This document shows positions 30,618-45,582 of a stretch of 64,000 bases of DNA, piece by piece; position 1 is the first letter of the stretch, and each line of letters starts with the position of its first letter. The notes under the pieces were generated by a model. It saw only the letters and a program-made list of their open reading frames with translations, was not told the origin of the DNA and searched no databases. A program made the translations under genes and the position numbers. The DNA lies in NCBI RefSeq assembly GCF_009914755.1, contig NC_060928.1; one strand, given 5' to 3'. This DNA comes from the human T2T-CHM13v2.0 reference genome, Homo sapiens.

Positions 30618-31782
30618 TGAATTCAATTTTGCAGGTATGTAAACGAACTTAGATATGCCAGGTTCATCTGATGGATAGGTAAAAACGTTGATATTAGAAT
30701 AGCCTTACTTTAGTTCACTGTACTTTTCAACTAAGAAAAAGATGTTTGTGAGATAACTGATTTTGTTAGAATTTAAAAAACATGAGTGTCATAAAATGAT
30801 ATAAGCAATTGTTTCATTTTATCACTTTGAATTGATATTTTTTTCAAAGTTAAATTGAAGGAAAAACATTTTGCTTTATGGGGCCTATATAGTCCACTTT
30901 TAAGAAGGTAAATGCCAAAATGTTGACTAAGTCAATAATTTTTCTTCATTATAAAAGTTGTTTTTCTGATTATTGATGCAGCAAATATTCATTGAAGATT
31001 ATAAAAGTTGAGAAAAACGGGGAAAAAAGTAAAGTCAGAAAAAAGTCACTACAACTAGACAAAAATCACCTTTTCTATTTTGGTTTGTTTATTCCTGTGT
31101 AATTGAAACATATACATTTAAATTATCTCCTTAAACATGAATCCATGTCTACAAATATAATAAGGGTATTCCCTTTGTCTTCAAAATTTGTTAAATTAAT
31201 AATGCCATATCTCTGAAATAGTATATTGAAGGTATTTTAGTTTTTAACTCTATTTGTTACTTTTTATAACGATTTCTCTTAGTATCATTATTAATTTTGC
31301 CTATTATTTCTGTAAAATAAATTATTAAATATAGAATAATTTGGTAAAATATTTCACCTTTTTTGTGCAAATAAATAGACAAATTTTTCCTTATAACATT
31401 CACACCAATTTATACATTTGTCAATTACTTATGAGATGGCTTTATCCCACGTATACATGACGTATATATTATTTAAGATATAAAATTTGTTTCTGAAAAG
31501 CTTATTATTAGTAAAATTAAATACTATATTGTAATTTAAATTTTTATAACTAGTTTATGAACTATATCCTCATACTACATTATCATTTTATTGTTGACTA
31601 TTCTTCAAATTATTAATTTGAAAGCTCTTCACATATTGACCCTGATCTAATATATCTCTAAGCACTAATCTAACACTGAAGTTATTATGATAGAAAAGAC
31701 AAAACTAGAAAGAAAAAAATTTATGTATTTTTTCTTTTTGACAAATTTGCTAGATAGGTATTCTGGTATCCATTCTTGTGAG

Positions 31783-32216
<434 letters not shown>

Positions 32217-32561
32217 TGAGAAATAAATGTCAATACACAGTTGCAGAAGCTGGTGTTAGTTGTGAAATGCTTAAGTTGCCATTTAGGTGCACAAAAGAGG
32301 TGTTAAGGCAAACACATCTTCCTCATCCCAAGCATGCTGATCATTAGATTGTTACTATAGTGCTGTGTTCTTGAATTTAATAGTTCCAGTCATGTTCTGA
32401 ACCCCAATGTTTCAGCTCCTCTAAATTTCAGTTCGCCATATTTTATTAATTCAATACATCTTGATGGATGCAATATGTATTAACAGATCATGTGTCCTCT
32501 TAAATTTGTGTATTTGTATAATAGCAAAGTTATTTCTGTTTCTTCTTTAATTTTATAATAG

Positions 32562-32922
<361 letters not shown>

Positions 32923-34616
32923 TCAAGCAAATTTTTATAATCCATGTTGAGCTAGTGGTGGAATATCATTAGTCATACTTAAATAGATAAAAGACCATAA
33001 GATTCTCAGCTGCATTTTCCCTCAAGATTTTACCAAAACCATTCTTAGTATTTTAAGTAAACTATTTCTGAGAACATTATCAAATGGCTCCTCCACAATT
33101 TTTGAATAATTTCATACTAAAAACACTGGCATATTTAGCTATTTTTTTTTTCTTTCAGGCAGGTGTTTGGTCACCACTTCTCACCAAGATGTTATATTTG
33201 TTATAGGAACTGAAGTAGTACACACACTCACATGTTTCTCTTCTGCTGTTGACCTCTTCCCATCACAGTGGCATCTTAATCTCTGAATATCTGAATAAAT
33301 TCTGGATGAGAATGAGGTCCAGCTCTTTGGCTATAGCTTTGTGGGGTTTGGAGGGTTGTACACCTTCTCTAATATTTACCCGCAATTTCCTCAGGTGTGC
33401 TTGCTCTGATTTTTCCTGTTCAGTGTGTCAATGAACACTGGCCATATTTCACATAGCTGAAATCAATGTTAATTTAAATTTTCCACTCAGATATTCCACA
33501 GGTGCCTCGAAATCCACATTTTCCAATTGAAACATGACCTCCACCTTTCATACAATGTCAAGATTCAGCTGTTAATATAAGGTGACATATTTCAAAGATA
33601 GTTACTACCTTTCATTTCATTATGCCGGGAAGTTGTGTACTATCCTTGATCCTATTTTCTTCTTCATTCTCCACACGCATAAATTATGGCTTCATTTTGA
33701 CTCCTAAATTGTTTCCAAGTCTATTTATATTTTCCCTCTCCAGGGCCACTATTTTAAGTCAAGTCAATATTATTGCATTCTGAATTCACTCTATATTTCA
33801 GTCAAGTTTTGCTCATCCTGAATTTAATCTCTATCTTATGTAAAGTGATTGTCTTAGCCTGGCCATATTATGATTGCTAAGAAAAGTGAGAATTAATAAT
33901 TATTAGATTTAAAAAATATGTCTGAAAAGTTTATATTACTTTCTATCACTCATATTCTGTTTCATAATCCACAGTATTTGCCAGTTATATGTAATAATTT
34001 ATGGTTGATGTTGCTGTAATCTTTTTTCTTAATGATGGTGTGTTTCCTTCAATTTCTCATTATTTCTGCTCTTTTCAGTCTTTATCAGTAAAGATGATTT
34101 AAGAAAACTGAATAATCACATCAGCCAAATATTTTATACATTTGATACCCTCCTGTTTACCACTCCTCACTTTTTTTTTTTTTTTATGGGACATCGGTTT
34201 TCCAGAGGAGTTCTAGTTTTGTCTTAATTCTCAGATGGAAACTGGAAGTTTTCAACACTCACTAACGTTTTCTCGTATTCTTTATATCCTGAATTCAGCT
34301 GTTTAAATTAAATATTGACAGCAGCAGAGCTTAAAATAGGGGGTTCATTTGTTGGCACACAGCCATCAAATTGGAAATACATACAACTATTCCTTTCTCC
34401 TTTTGATATGAGTTACTAATGGAGAGTGTTTCACAGTGATATGGAATTGAATTTGATGCCATTTTATCATCTGGAGATTTTGAAGATAAGTGGCCAGTGT
34501 TTATCAGAGTTGTCTGAGAGTCAAAGGCTCCTGTCAGAGTAGTCTCCCCTACCTGTTTTGAAGTGAGGCTTTATATAATGATACACTGACTCTTCACATT
34601 AGGGAAGTGCTACATT

Positions 34617-35207
34617 TGAGGCAGGAGATGAGTCTGGAGACAGGGAACCTAAGGCTGTTTCACGCGGACTTCCTAGAAAAAAAATGAAAGAAAAACCTTA
34701 ACTTTCCACGCCAAAGTAACAAAAGGACTAGAGGCTACTCCCTTTGATTTGTTCTGCATAGAAGATGGGAAATTGACTGTCAGCAACAAATCAGACTGAT
34801 AGCTCATCCAGTCTTCATTTGTAACTTTGTAACTTCTCCCTAGCCTCTGATTGCAACCAATCAGATGTTTGCACAGTAGTGTGACCTTTGTAACTTCACT
34901 TCTCTTCTGGTTGGCGGCTCTCTGCAACCAATCAGACTGATTGCCGGCTACTACTTCAGTTACATGAGTGGAGCATGAAGTGGCCAATGGGAAGCCTCTA
35001 GGGGGTGTTTGAACAAAAGAAGATTCTGTATCTGGGCCCTTGAGCCACTACTCGGGTTCGTTTCCACACTTTCGTTTTCAATAAATCCCTGCTTTCTTTC
35101 TTTTGTTGCTTCATTCTTTCTTTGCTTTGCTGGGCCTTTTGTCCAATTCTTTGTTTGAAATGCCAAGAACCTGGACAACTTGCAATCCCGACCCTCTACC
35201 GGTGACA
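34617..35207 (+). mobile_element. MER51-family (ERV1) solo LTR
   Basis: tgaggcaggag...cagggaacctaaggc start; TG...CA ends; 4-bp TSD CATT; repeated CCAAT boxes; AATAAA at ~35080. Confidence 0.85.
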
Positions 35208-35499
35208 CATTGATTACTTCTTTCCTTGAGTTCTGTTCGAAGACATAGATAGACCAAGCAAATATAATTTGCTAATTTCTCTGGCTTTTCTTTGGATTAT
35301 CATTGTTCTTCAAGTTTCTCTAAAAATATCACAAACATTTGTCACAATTTGTTGATATTGCCATTTTTATCAGAATGAAAACTTTGAATGTTGTTTTCTG
35401 ATCAGCATGCTGTTTGTGGATCATTCGTTAACAGTTAAAATCTATGCTTAATGAGGGGTTCAGCTGCTGCTTAAAAAGCTGTGTGATTTTTTCAAGTAT

Positions 35500-36000
35500 G
35501 ACTATAGGCAATTACAAAGGTTTTACATAACAGGCCTCACTGGGTCTTCATTCCTGGGTTTCTTTATCGAGATCTTGGGCAGAGATCTTCATCAGGTATC
35601 TCTACCAATATATCTCTGTGGGATAAAGAGGAGGGGGAAACTTTGAAGACACTTTCTCCAACTCTGACTCAGTACCCAGTAGTTTTCTACTTCTAGCCCT
35701 TCTCCCTCAGTCTCTCTTATTCCCCACAGCCTTATAAAACTGCTGGAGCCTTTTGGGTCTTCAATAATAGTGTGATTATCCCCACATCTGCACTGATCCA
35801 CCTGGCCTGGACTGGTGCACCATTTCTTGGGGGAAACAAATCAGGGGGAGTTGGCACCTTCTCTGGTTTTAGGTTATTGTTCATACCATCAAAGTAAGTA
35901 ATTAAAGAATTAACTCTTTGATGGATTGCTTTAATTGGCTATACCAAGCCCTGGAAGCTCAGCACTCTTTCTCTTCCAGCTCAGCTAAAACTCCAACATT
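35500..36000 (+). mobile_element. Probable old ERV LTR, family not recognised
   Basis: GC-richer block with TATA-like cttataaaa, ending ...ctccaaca. Confidence 0.35.
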
Positions 36001-36190
36001 TAACATAAACTTACATTTAGGAGAACTTAATTTTACTAAAATGAAACTAATACAGGGTGACATTTACACAGTGGGGAATACGGAGAAAGGTGAATATTTT
36101 TATGATCATTTATTTTATGGTAGGTTGCCTTCATATGATCTTATCCTAAATTATACATAGCATTGTCAACATTTGTCTGAAATCACCAAC

Positions 36191-36561
36191 TGATACGATT
36201 TGGCTCTGTGTCCCCACCCAAATCTCATGTTGAATCATAATCCCTGCTTGTTGGAGGAGGGGAGTGGTTGGAGGTAATTGAATCATAGGGTGGATTTCTC
36301 ACTTGTCGTACTCCTGATAGTGAGTGAGTTCTCATGAGATCAGATTATTTAAAAGTGTGTGACACTTCTCTCTTCTCTCTGTCTCTCCTTCTCTGCCATG
36401 GTAAGATGTGATTGCTTCCCCTTCGCCTTCTGCCATGATTGTAATTTTCCTGAGGCCTTCCCAGCCATGCTTTGTGTACACCCTGTGGAAATGTGAGTCA
36501 ATTAAACCTTTTTTTCTTCATAAATTACCCAGTCTCAGGTAGTTGAGAATGGACTAATATA
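36191..36561 (+). mobile_element. MSTA-type LTR
   Basis: tgatacgatttggctctgtgtccccacccaaatctcatg; TSD ccaa(c/g). Confidence 0.85.
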
Positions 36562-37424
36562 CCAAGTGTTTAAGTCATTTTAGTATCATGATATGTAAAT
36601 AATTTTAACCCAAGGTCTTGAGTTAATAAACATGCCCAGGTATTTTTTACTAAATTTACATGATTTCCGAATTTTGATTACAACCTAGCAATATTTTTTT
36701 TACAATGTAATCATTCTTAATGGCATAAATTTAAGTAAATAATGTTTGAAATTTGTTCAATAAGAGTTATTTAAAATTTATTTAGTCCTTGTTCTTTACG
36801 TAGCTCTAAATGGACTCACAGTTATGCATACTTTTCCTTAGCATTATTGAAAGCTTCTACTTCTTCTGTATTTTATTATTCCCATATTATTTTTATACTT
36901 TTGTATTCCTATTCATACATAGTTAATGTTTTTCTGCTGGTTATTTATGAATGTTGTGGGAAGAGAGTTATCTTTGAAATTGGAATTGTTGCATAAAAAG
37001 AGAACAGGATATATTTTTCTCAGAATACTCAGTCACTCTATCCCTTTCTTTAAGAGTATTTGGTTATTATATGATATTCAACTTTTCTCAAATATTTTCT
37101 ACTTGCTTTTCTAACATTAGCACTAAATTCAAATTTTCTGTTAAATACACAAAGCATGTTCCTCTTAACTCACAATTTATTTTAATAATGGGCATATCAC
37201 ATGAATTAATGTCTTCTTTTATTAGGCCAGTCATAAAGTATTCCTAAATATTCAGTTATAGAACTCATATAATCTTAAGACAACTTCACGATTATTTTTT
37301 CTCCTACTTTGAATCTCATATCTATTTCAAGATGCAAACAAATATTGGATGACACCCAAAAGAGTTTATATTAAGATGTTAAATTAACAGAAAATGATAC
37401 CATGCACAATAAAGACCACATAGA

Positions 37425-37660
37425 ATGGTGATATAATGTCATCAACTTTGAAGAAGTCAGAATTTCAATTCTGACTGCAGTTTTCTTTTACTATATCCTT
37501 AGGCATAGTTGAATATTATCTTCTTATCCTGTATTTCCTCATCAAATGATACATAACTCATACAGTTGTTGTAAGAATTAAATAACATAGTGTGTAAAGA
37601 CAACTCAGCTTTATGTGGCAGGTCATAAATATGAAAGCAAAATAAGTTGCTATCATTTAT
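37425..37660 (+). mobile_element. MIR
   Basis: tttcctcatc...cagttgttgtaagaattaaat core. Confidence 0.6.
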
Positions 37661-40351
37661 ATTAAATTGATATCTATGAATGCCTGTGCAAATTTGATTT
37701 TAAAAATCCTACTGTCACTTAAATATGGTGGAGAGAAGTCATTTTACACACACTTGGAAATCTAAAATAAGGGAAAAACAGCTATAACAAAAAAATAGAG
37801 AAAAGAAACCACAGTTTTTATACTTGTGTCTTTATATTATAAATTTAAAGTTAGTGACATTGGTTTACTTTTGTATGCCTACTACATAGTACACTGGATA
37901 GCTTAAGTGGGTATTAATAAGTGATTGTAAAATGGTAGCCTAATGTATTTTTTATTCCGGAATTTATACCCATTATATATCTTTCTCCATTTATCATATA
38001 ACATCAAGTTTCCTATGAATAATTGTATAGTTATTAAGAATTAGTAATGATGTGCTTTTATAATTCGTATGCATTATTCACAGGTGCAATATTATTTTAA
38101 TGAATTATAGCTTTGGGTTAAAAAAAAAATCTTTAAAATCCAGATGTGGGCTTTCACTAGTATGGAGAAAAAATAAAGATTGTCTTTAACTCTGCAATTT
38201 GAAGTCTTAATGAGTGGTGATTATTACTCACTGAAATTTCTATATTTTAAAATACTACCCAAAGATGAACTTATACATATGCTCTATACTGTTTAGTTAT
38301 GAAGAGTTGGAGGTTTTTGTGATACTTAATCACCGGTATTTCTCAAGTCTTATTTACTAAAAATCTATATTTACTGAATGTATAGTAATATGGTATACTC
38401 AAAAAACCACAAACGAGGAAAATAATTCTCAGAAATTGCAAACTAATCAGTGGGAGGCAATTTATGCTAAATCATAGCACTGGAATGCAAGATTGAAGAT
38501 AATCTAGTTTATGTCATTATTTTATAACTAGGGGGGGACACTGATGACCAGAAATATTAACTGACTTATTGTGAATTACACAGCAAGTTAGTAGCAGAGA
38601 CTTTCAATCCTCTGGTGTATTTTTTATAATAATTATTGATAATTAATTATTTTGATATATAGTATATGGTATTTGCAAGGATAAACTAGAGATTTAAAAA
38701 GACATTTAATCTTCTTAATACCACTGCATTTCTTGCCTACAATTCTAAAGAAGCTATCAGTTGAATAGAAAATATGATATACTTTATTTTGAATTCAAAA
38801 ATTTAATATGTTTTAAAGGTTGCATAATTTAAAATAAAACAAAAACATTCTAACCCATAGGAAGCCAAAGAAAGTGAAAGGATCCTAGCAAGTTTCCTGA
38901 ACACATCAACTTCAGGGTTATGGCCCACCACAAGGGATATTCTCAAGGGTTGAGGTAGGTAGAAATGTAAGTTAAAACAAGGAATAATGGGCAAAGAAAC
39001 ATCCTCCATGGTACATGTATTCTTACCGTGGAACAGTTTACTTTAAGCAATATATTTATGCCCATCTGGTCGGCTTTATTTTTAGTCTTAGGCCACATCC
39101 ATTTCTATTCATTTCTTCATTGTGGCATACATAATTTGTCAAATTATAATGAGATTATAATGCAAAAAATGATTTCTAAAAATTTTTTAAATGACTTAAT
39201 ATGTTTTCAAATTCTTTTTCTGTAATGTTTTTCTTTTATATTGCTAACTCTTTTCAATTATTTATGGTGTTTTTCTTTTCTTTACTTATCTTTGTGCTAT
39301 GAGAGGGTTAACAGAACCTAGGAAACTGTAAATTTTTAAATTGCACATTGATTTTGTTTTCTTGTTGGCCCTTACTGTTCATATGGCTGTTAGTAGAAGT
39401 ACAACTTCTGATATAAAGTGAAAGTAGTGCTTATTCTATATACTTTCTGATTTTATTTTTTAATCTTCTTTTGTATTTCATTCATGGCACATCTTCGTAG
39501 CATTGGATTCCTGTTAGCTACTGCCTACTCTTTTCACTTAAGAAGAAATGTTTATTTGTGAGAACATTATACAAGCCATCTTTTCCTTTCAGCACCATCT
39601 TCACACCACACAACTTCCAGGATTATCTCCTTCCAACCACCAGAGTCACATCCTGCAGGTAAGGTTGTATCCATTGGTGACTTCTGTACCCAGTCATAAA
39701 ACATCACTACAATAAGGCCAGAAATGGAGTCTTTACTGAGTAGTCTAGTTCTGGAACATAACTATGAGTTAGAATGATCCCATGCAATAGAAAGGTTGCA
39801 CTTTGCCTCCAGGTTAGCATAGTTTTCTTTTTCTTTTTAAAGATACATACCAAAGGTAAATATTTATACAGATCCTCTTACTCCTAAATGGTCCAGTGGT
39901 TTGCTTTGTGGCATCTGAATTATAATTAGTGGAAATTGATTCAGATATCTAGAAGAATGTTGATCAATATGAATAGCTGAAGAACTCTTTGACTCTTATG
40001 TTTTGCTTTCAACACTATTTCAATGGCAAGTGGAAATGGATGATTCTAGTTTTGCAAGCTTTCTTTTATCATGAACCATAAATCTCTACCTAATATTCCT
40101 TAATAAATTGGGGTACATAGGACTCTATTAGCCTAAAAAATTTCTTAGCCTCAATATGACTTTCATCCACTTATGTACTTTAAAATCAGCTATTGAACAT
40201 CTACTATGTAATAAATACATACTCTGCTAGTCAATAAGGAAGGAAAAGTAACAGACATGTTCTCTGACTGTCACATTCTAATGAAGGAAATAGGCACATC
40301 ATAAGTAAGCAAAAGAAAAAAAAAGAGTATTTTGTTTTAATAAATACTTTG

Positions 40352-40789
40352 GGCTGGGCACGGTGGCTCACGCCTGTAATCCCAGCACTTTGGGAGGCCG
40401 AGGCAGGCAGATCACGAGGTCAGCAGATTGAGACTTGCCTGGCCAACATAGTGAAACTCCATCTCCACTAAAAATAGAAAAATTAGCCGGGCATTGACCA
40501 GGCATGGTGGCTCACACCTGTAATCCCAGCAATTTGGGAGGCCGAGGAGGGCAAATCACAAGGTCAGGAGATTGAGACCATCCTGGCTAACATGGTGAAA
40601 CCCCATCTCTACTAAAAATGCAAAAAAATAAGCTGGGCATGGTGGTGGGCACCTGTAATCCCAGCTACTCAGGAGGTTGAGGCAGGAGAATGGTGTGAAC
40701 CAGGGAGGCAGAGCTTGCAGTGAGCCAAGATCATGCCACTGCACTCCAGCTTGGGAGGCAGAGACTCCCCCTCAAAAAAAAAAAAAAAG
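40352..40789 (+). mobile_element. Alu left arm (40352-40496) fused to a full AluY/Sc (40497-40789)
   Basis: Two consecutive left monomers, one right monomer, one polyA. Confidence 0.9.
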
Positions 40790-41029
40790 ATATGAGGGGT
40801 TTCCTCTTTGATTTGTTAAGGCAAATCGGCTTTCTTATACCTATGTTTTGGTTTTCTTTTTGGTTGCTGTTGTTACAGGTTCTTTTGGGGATTATTGAAA
40901 TAGCAGTCTTTTCAAAAAAATCTAGAAGTAACCATGATATATTCTATAAGCCTACACAAGCAAACTGTCAGGTAAAATTTAGAATCCTGTATTAGGGGAA
41001 AAATTAAATGAGATATATTATTTATTTAT

Positions 41030-41376
<347 letters not shown>

Positions 41377-42737
41377 TAGCAATCCTAATTTACTATTTAA
41401 ATTTACTGCTTTAATTCTTATTTTCCAGAAATTAAAATCACCAAATTAAAACATTTAGTAAAAATCCAATATAATTACTAAGATACATACAGAGAGAGAG
41501 CACGTGAGAGAGTATATAGTATATAATATATATTTGTATACTTATTCATGTAGACACACTAGTTTGTAAAACTGAATTTGAAGACAATTGTTATATTAAG
41601 GAAGTAGTATTAAATAAATTCCAATGGACCACAAGTATACATTAACCAAAAACTCTAAAAGAAATGTTTAAAAATTAAAATAAAAATTACTGATTATTTA
41701 GCATTGCTCTTACAGAACATTACTTAATGCTACCATTTAAAAAATGCTTTGCATTTATGTATTAAAAATTCATTTAAACTAAAATAATTATTAAATAAAT
41801 ATTAGTATTTATTTAGTAATTATTTAGTTTAAATATTTATTTAGTTTAAATAAATTTAAACAATTTTTTTATTTATTTGAATGTGTCTTTAAACATTTAA
41901 AGATACTAGGAAATTAAAATGCAATGCATATATAAATGACTTATTAAACATAATGAGAAATAAGATACATAGAAAATAAAATATAGATTTAATAAAATAA
42001 AAGAAAGAATTTTTTTCAAAATACTAATAAGATAAATACATTTTATTGACTCTTAAATGCTTTGAGACATTTATATTCTAATATTTCTTTTAAAAAGTTT
42101 GAATTTCAAGTGAATAAAAGAATATTAATTACAAAATATATCTTGAAAATTATAAGATAATAATTCGTGCAATATTAAGCTAATAAATTTGAAAACTAAA
42201 ATTAAGCTGTTACAGAAGATAAATATTTCCAAACCGGAATTAGGAGACTTTAAAAGCCTGAAGACCTCAATAACCGAATAAAACACGGATTTGGGATTCA
42301 AATATCTGCTTGCCTACCACCTGCTTTAATCCTCTACCTTCAACTCAAATATACAAGCTCAGATCATATATTTTTTTACAGATAATCCACTTTCTGCTTA
42401 TTTTATATATATATAGACATACGCCATGGATGACTGGTAAATCGTTACTGCTTGAAATTGAATTTATACATTAAAATTGTTTAAATAAAATAATTAAAAG
42501 AGTTGATGGCCTGGCCTATGCAGTGGATTAAAAAAAGTAAGTAAAATAATTACAGAGCAGAGGATAAAATGTTTTGAATTTTCAAACAATATTTATGTAT
42601 TTAGACTACCAAAGAAAATTAGTGTTATAGTTTAAAAGTACTTTAGAAAGTACTCACCACGCCCCCACATAATAGAATAGACAATAAAAAAAAAATGATT
42701 CATTAAACTATATCCAGTACGATGGTAACATAAAATG

Positions 42738-42765
42738 CGCACACACACACACACACACACACACG
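42738..42765. repeat. (CA)n microsatellite
   Basis: Directly visible. Confidence 0.95.
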
Positions 42766-43631
42766 CCTATGTAAACTACACAAACGTGCATGCACACATA
42801 TATATGCATAGAAAAGGGAAAGCTATTAATATCTGTAGCGTGGATACCTCTGGAGAAGACTGCCATTGAGAATGGTAATAAGTCAGGTATCTAAAATCAT
42901 CCTAAAATTAGCTTGTCAAGGGGAATGATGTAATCTTTGAAAGCTGTGCCTACTTTAGTTTTCCTTATTTCCAGTAAATGAAAGAATAATCCACCCACTT
43001 AGCCAGGACAAAACCCAGATTTCATACTTAATTCTTCTACTTATCTCATAATCCATTAAAAAGGGTATACTAATGCCCATAATTTGTATTATTTTCTCGA
43101 AAGTCCATTCTCTACTCCAGGACAGTTGTACTCAAAATTTCTTCTTCTCAAAACTTTTCTACACTCATTTCTCCCCTTTAAAATTTTGTCTCTACAGAAT
43201 ATGTCAGCCAATGAATAAATACTAAGTTACTTTTCATTATCTGGCTAACAGATTGTAATTTGCATCATGTCAAATCTTTAGAAGGTAACTATTTTTAAAC
43301 TAAAATAATCATATAAAAGAGGGGCAATACTGTGCAGGTAATTAGAGAGTCAACCTAAACCTTACATGTGCTTAATTACATGACTCAATAAATCTGAAAA
43401 GTGCAGCATCCATGTAGATTTTGAAATAGAAATATATTATTATTATTATTTGATGACATAGCTTTAGGCAAATTATTTGGCAAGTATCTACGAAAATCAG
43501 AAGTACAAACAACTTTATCATAGTGATTTTAAAACTGTCTAAGACAACTATTTGTTCATTATGTTATTTTATACTGTAACTGTCATGATGTTACCAGCCT
43601 GTTGACTTATTAAATAAAAGATACTGCTGGT

Positions 43632-43760
43632 TGGGAGAATCGCTTGAACCCAGGAGGCAGGGGTTGCAGTGATCCGAGATCGCACTACTGCACTCCAGCC
43701 TGGGCAACAGAGCGAGGCTAAGTCTCCAAAAATAAATAAATAATTAAATTAAATTAAATG
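43632..43760 (+). mobile_element. 5'-truncated Alu (right arm only)
   Basis: TSD aaaag(a/t)tactg(c/t)tggt on both sides; (TAAA)/(TAAAT) tail. Confidence 0.88.
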
Positions 43761-45182
43761 AAAAAGTTACTGTTGGTGGAGTAAGAGATGGCTTCTGATG
43801 GGAGATGCTGCTAGGATGGAATATAAGAGAGGGGTGATAAATAGTTCCAAGAATTCACGCTGATTCCTACTTACTCAGCCACATTAGACATACTAAAGAG
43901 TTGATACTGAACGTTGTTCTCTTTCCAGTTTATTATGGAAGACAAGGAAAAGAAAAACTTTTGTCATTCTTTATGGGTAAACTAACTCCTACCAAAACTT
44001 GAAATTTAGTATTTCTACATCGTATTTTGATTACTACAATAGCTTAAACTATACGTTGTTGCCATTCTTACAGATTGAAATGGTAATGTCAGCAACTTCA
44101 TGTGGTTCAATCTAATTTGATGTTTTTTCTTTCAATTTTGCATTTCTGTATGAATAACTTCATGTGCAATATTATATATATTTTAATGCTATTAATAATT
44201 AGCAAGTAAAATTTAGGGAATAATTATTTGACACCCTTTTGAAATGATAAATTTTATTTTATTTTCAAAGATACTCTCCTCTCTGGCCAATTAACAAAAT
44301 ACAGGTATATTCAGCATAAACACATTTTTAGAGGCTCTAATTATTAAAGTAAGCATTAATTCTTGACCAGATTATTACTATGTCTTAAAAAAATTACTCA
44401 TCATATTATTTGTCCAAATAAGTTATGTAATATTTGATGCTATTTTATCATAAAATGAATTTATTTAATAAGTAAAATTCAAATTTATTTAATAGATGTA
44501 TTTATTGCTTATTGGAAAGCAAAAAGCATTTTCAAATATGATTAGGACATGGAATATTATCATAATTTCTGATTTTACATAGATTTTATATTTTATCATT
44601 TTTCAAATACCAAACTTTATCTGTGAGAGAGGGGAGATCAACATGTTTTCTAAAAGAATATTTTTAAATATCCAAGATCATTGGATTTATACACACAGAT
44701 ACTAGTGTAATGTTATTAAACATTGCAATAATGCAAATAAAAATTTTCATCATTTATGTATGATCGACATTGAAAAAATGTTAAAATTTTTTAAACGGAT
44801 AAAGCTATTTTAAAGTGAACAGTGAACAATAATACATTATAACTTTTTAGTTGTAAAGCAGACAACGATTTAATAGAGTATAGTCATTACTGTCATTAAT
44901 AAAATTGGCTTAATTGGTGGTACAGGAATTTATGACACACTAAGTTCTCATAAATTAGAAATGCAATCCTATGAATAATGTAGACATTATCCAATACTTT
45001 CTCACTTATTTTATTCCCACAAAATTTTCTTTTTTAAAATGAAGTTAAAACTCTTTTGTTGGACTTTATAATAAGAAAATTTGTTATTAGTAAAGTGCTA
45101 TTGTAGAAATATATAATGCCTGAGTAAGAAATATTTTACATATGTTTATGTGTAAAAAATGAGGAAAATTGATAAAGTAGGA

Positions 45183-45582
45183 TAATATAGTTTGGATATT
45201 TGCCCCTGTTCAAATCTCATGTTCAATTGTAATCCACAATGCTGAAGGTGGGGCCTGGTGGGATTATGGGGGTGCATCCTCCATGACTTGGAGCTGTCTT
45301 TGTATAGTGAGTTCTTGCAAAATCTGGCCATTTAAGAAGTGTGTGGCACTTTCCTCCATTCTCCTTCTCTCTTGCTCCTGCTTTTACCATGTGACATGTT
45401 TGTTCTCTCCTCACCTTCTGCCATGATTGTAAGCTTCCTGAGTCTTCCCAAGAAGCTGAGCAGATGTCAGTACTATGCATCTTGTAAAGCCTGCAGAACC
45501 ATGAGCCAAATAAACCTCTTTTCTTTATAAATTACTCAGTCTCAGGTATTTCTTTATAGCAATGCAAGAACAGCTTAATATA
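45183..45582 (+). mobile_element. MSTB-type LTR
   Basis: 5-bp TSD TAGGA (45178-45182, 45583-45587); agtttggatatttg start. Confidence 0.85.

Noticed and set aside
33140-33165. Strong acceptor-like tttttttttctttcag
   Set aside because: No convincing donor within exon distance; poly-T plus AG is common in this window
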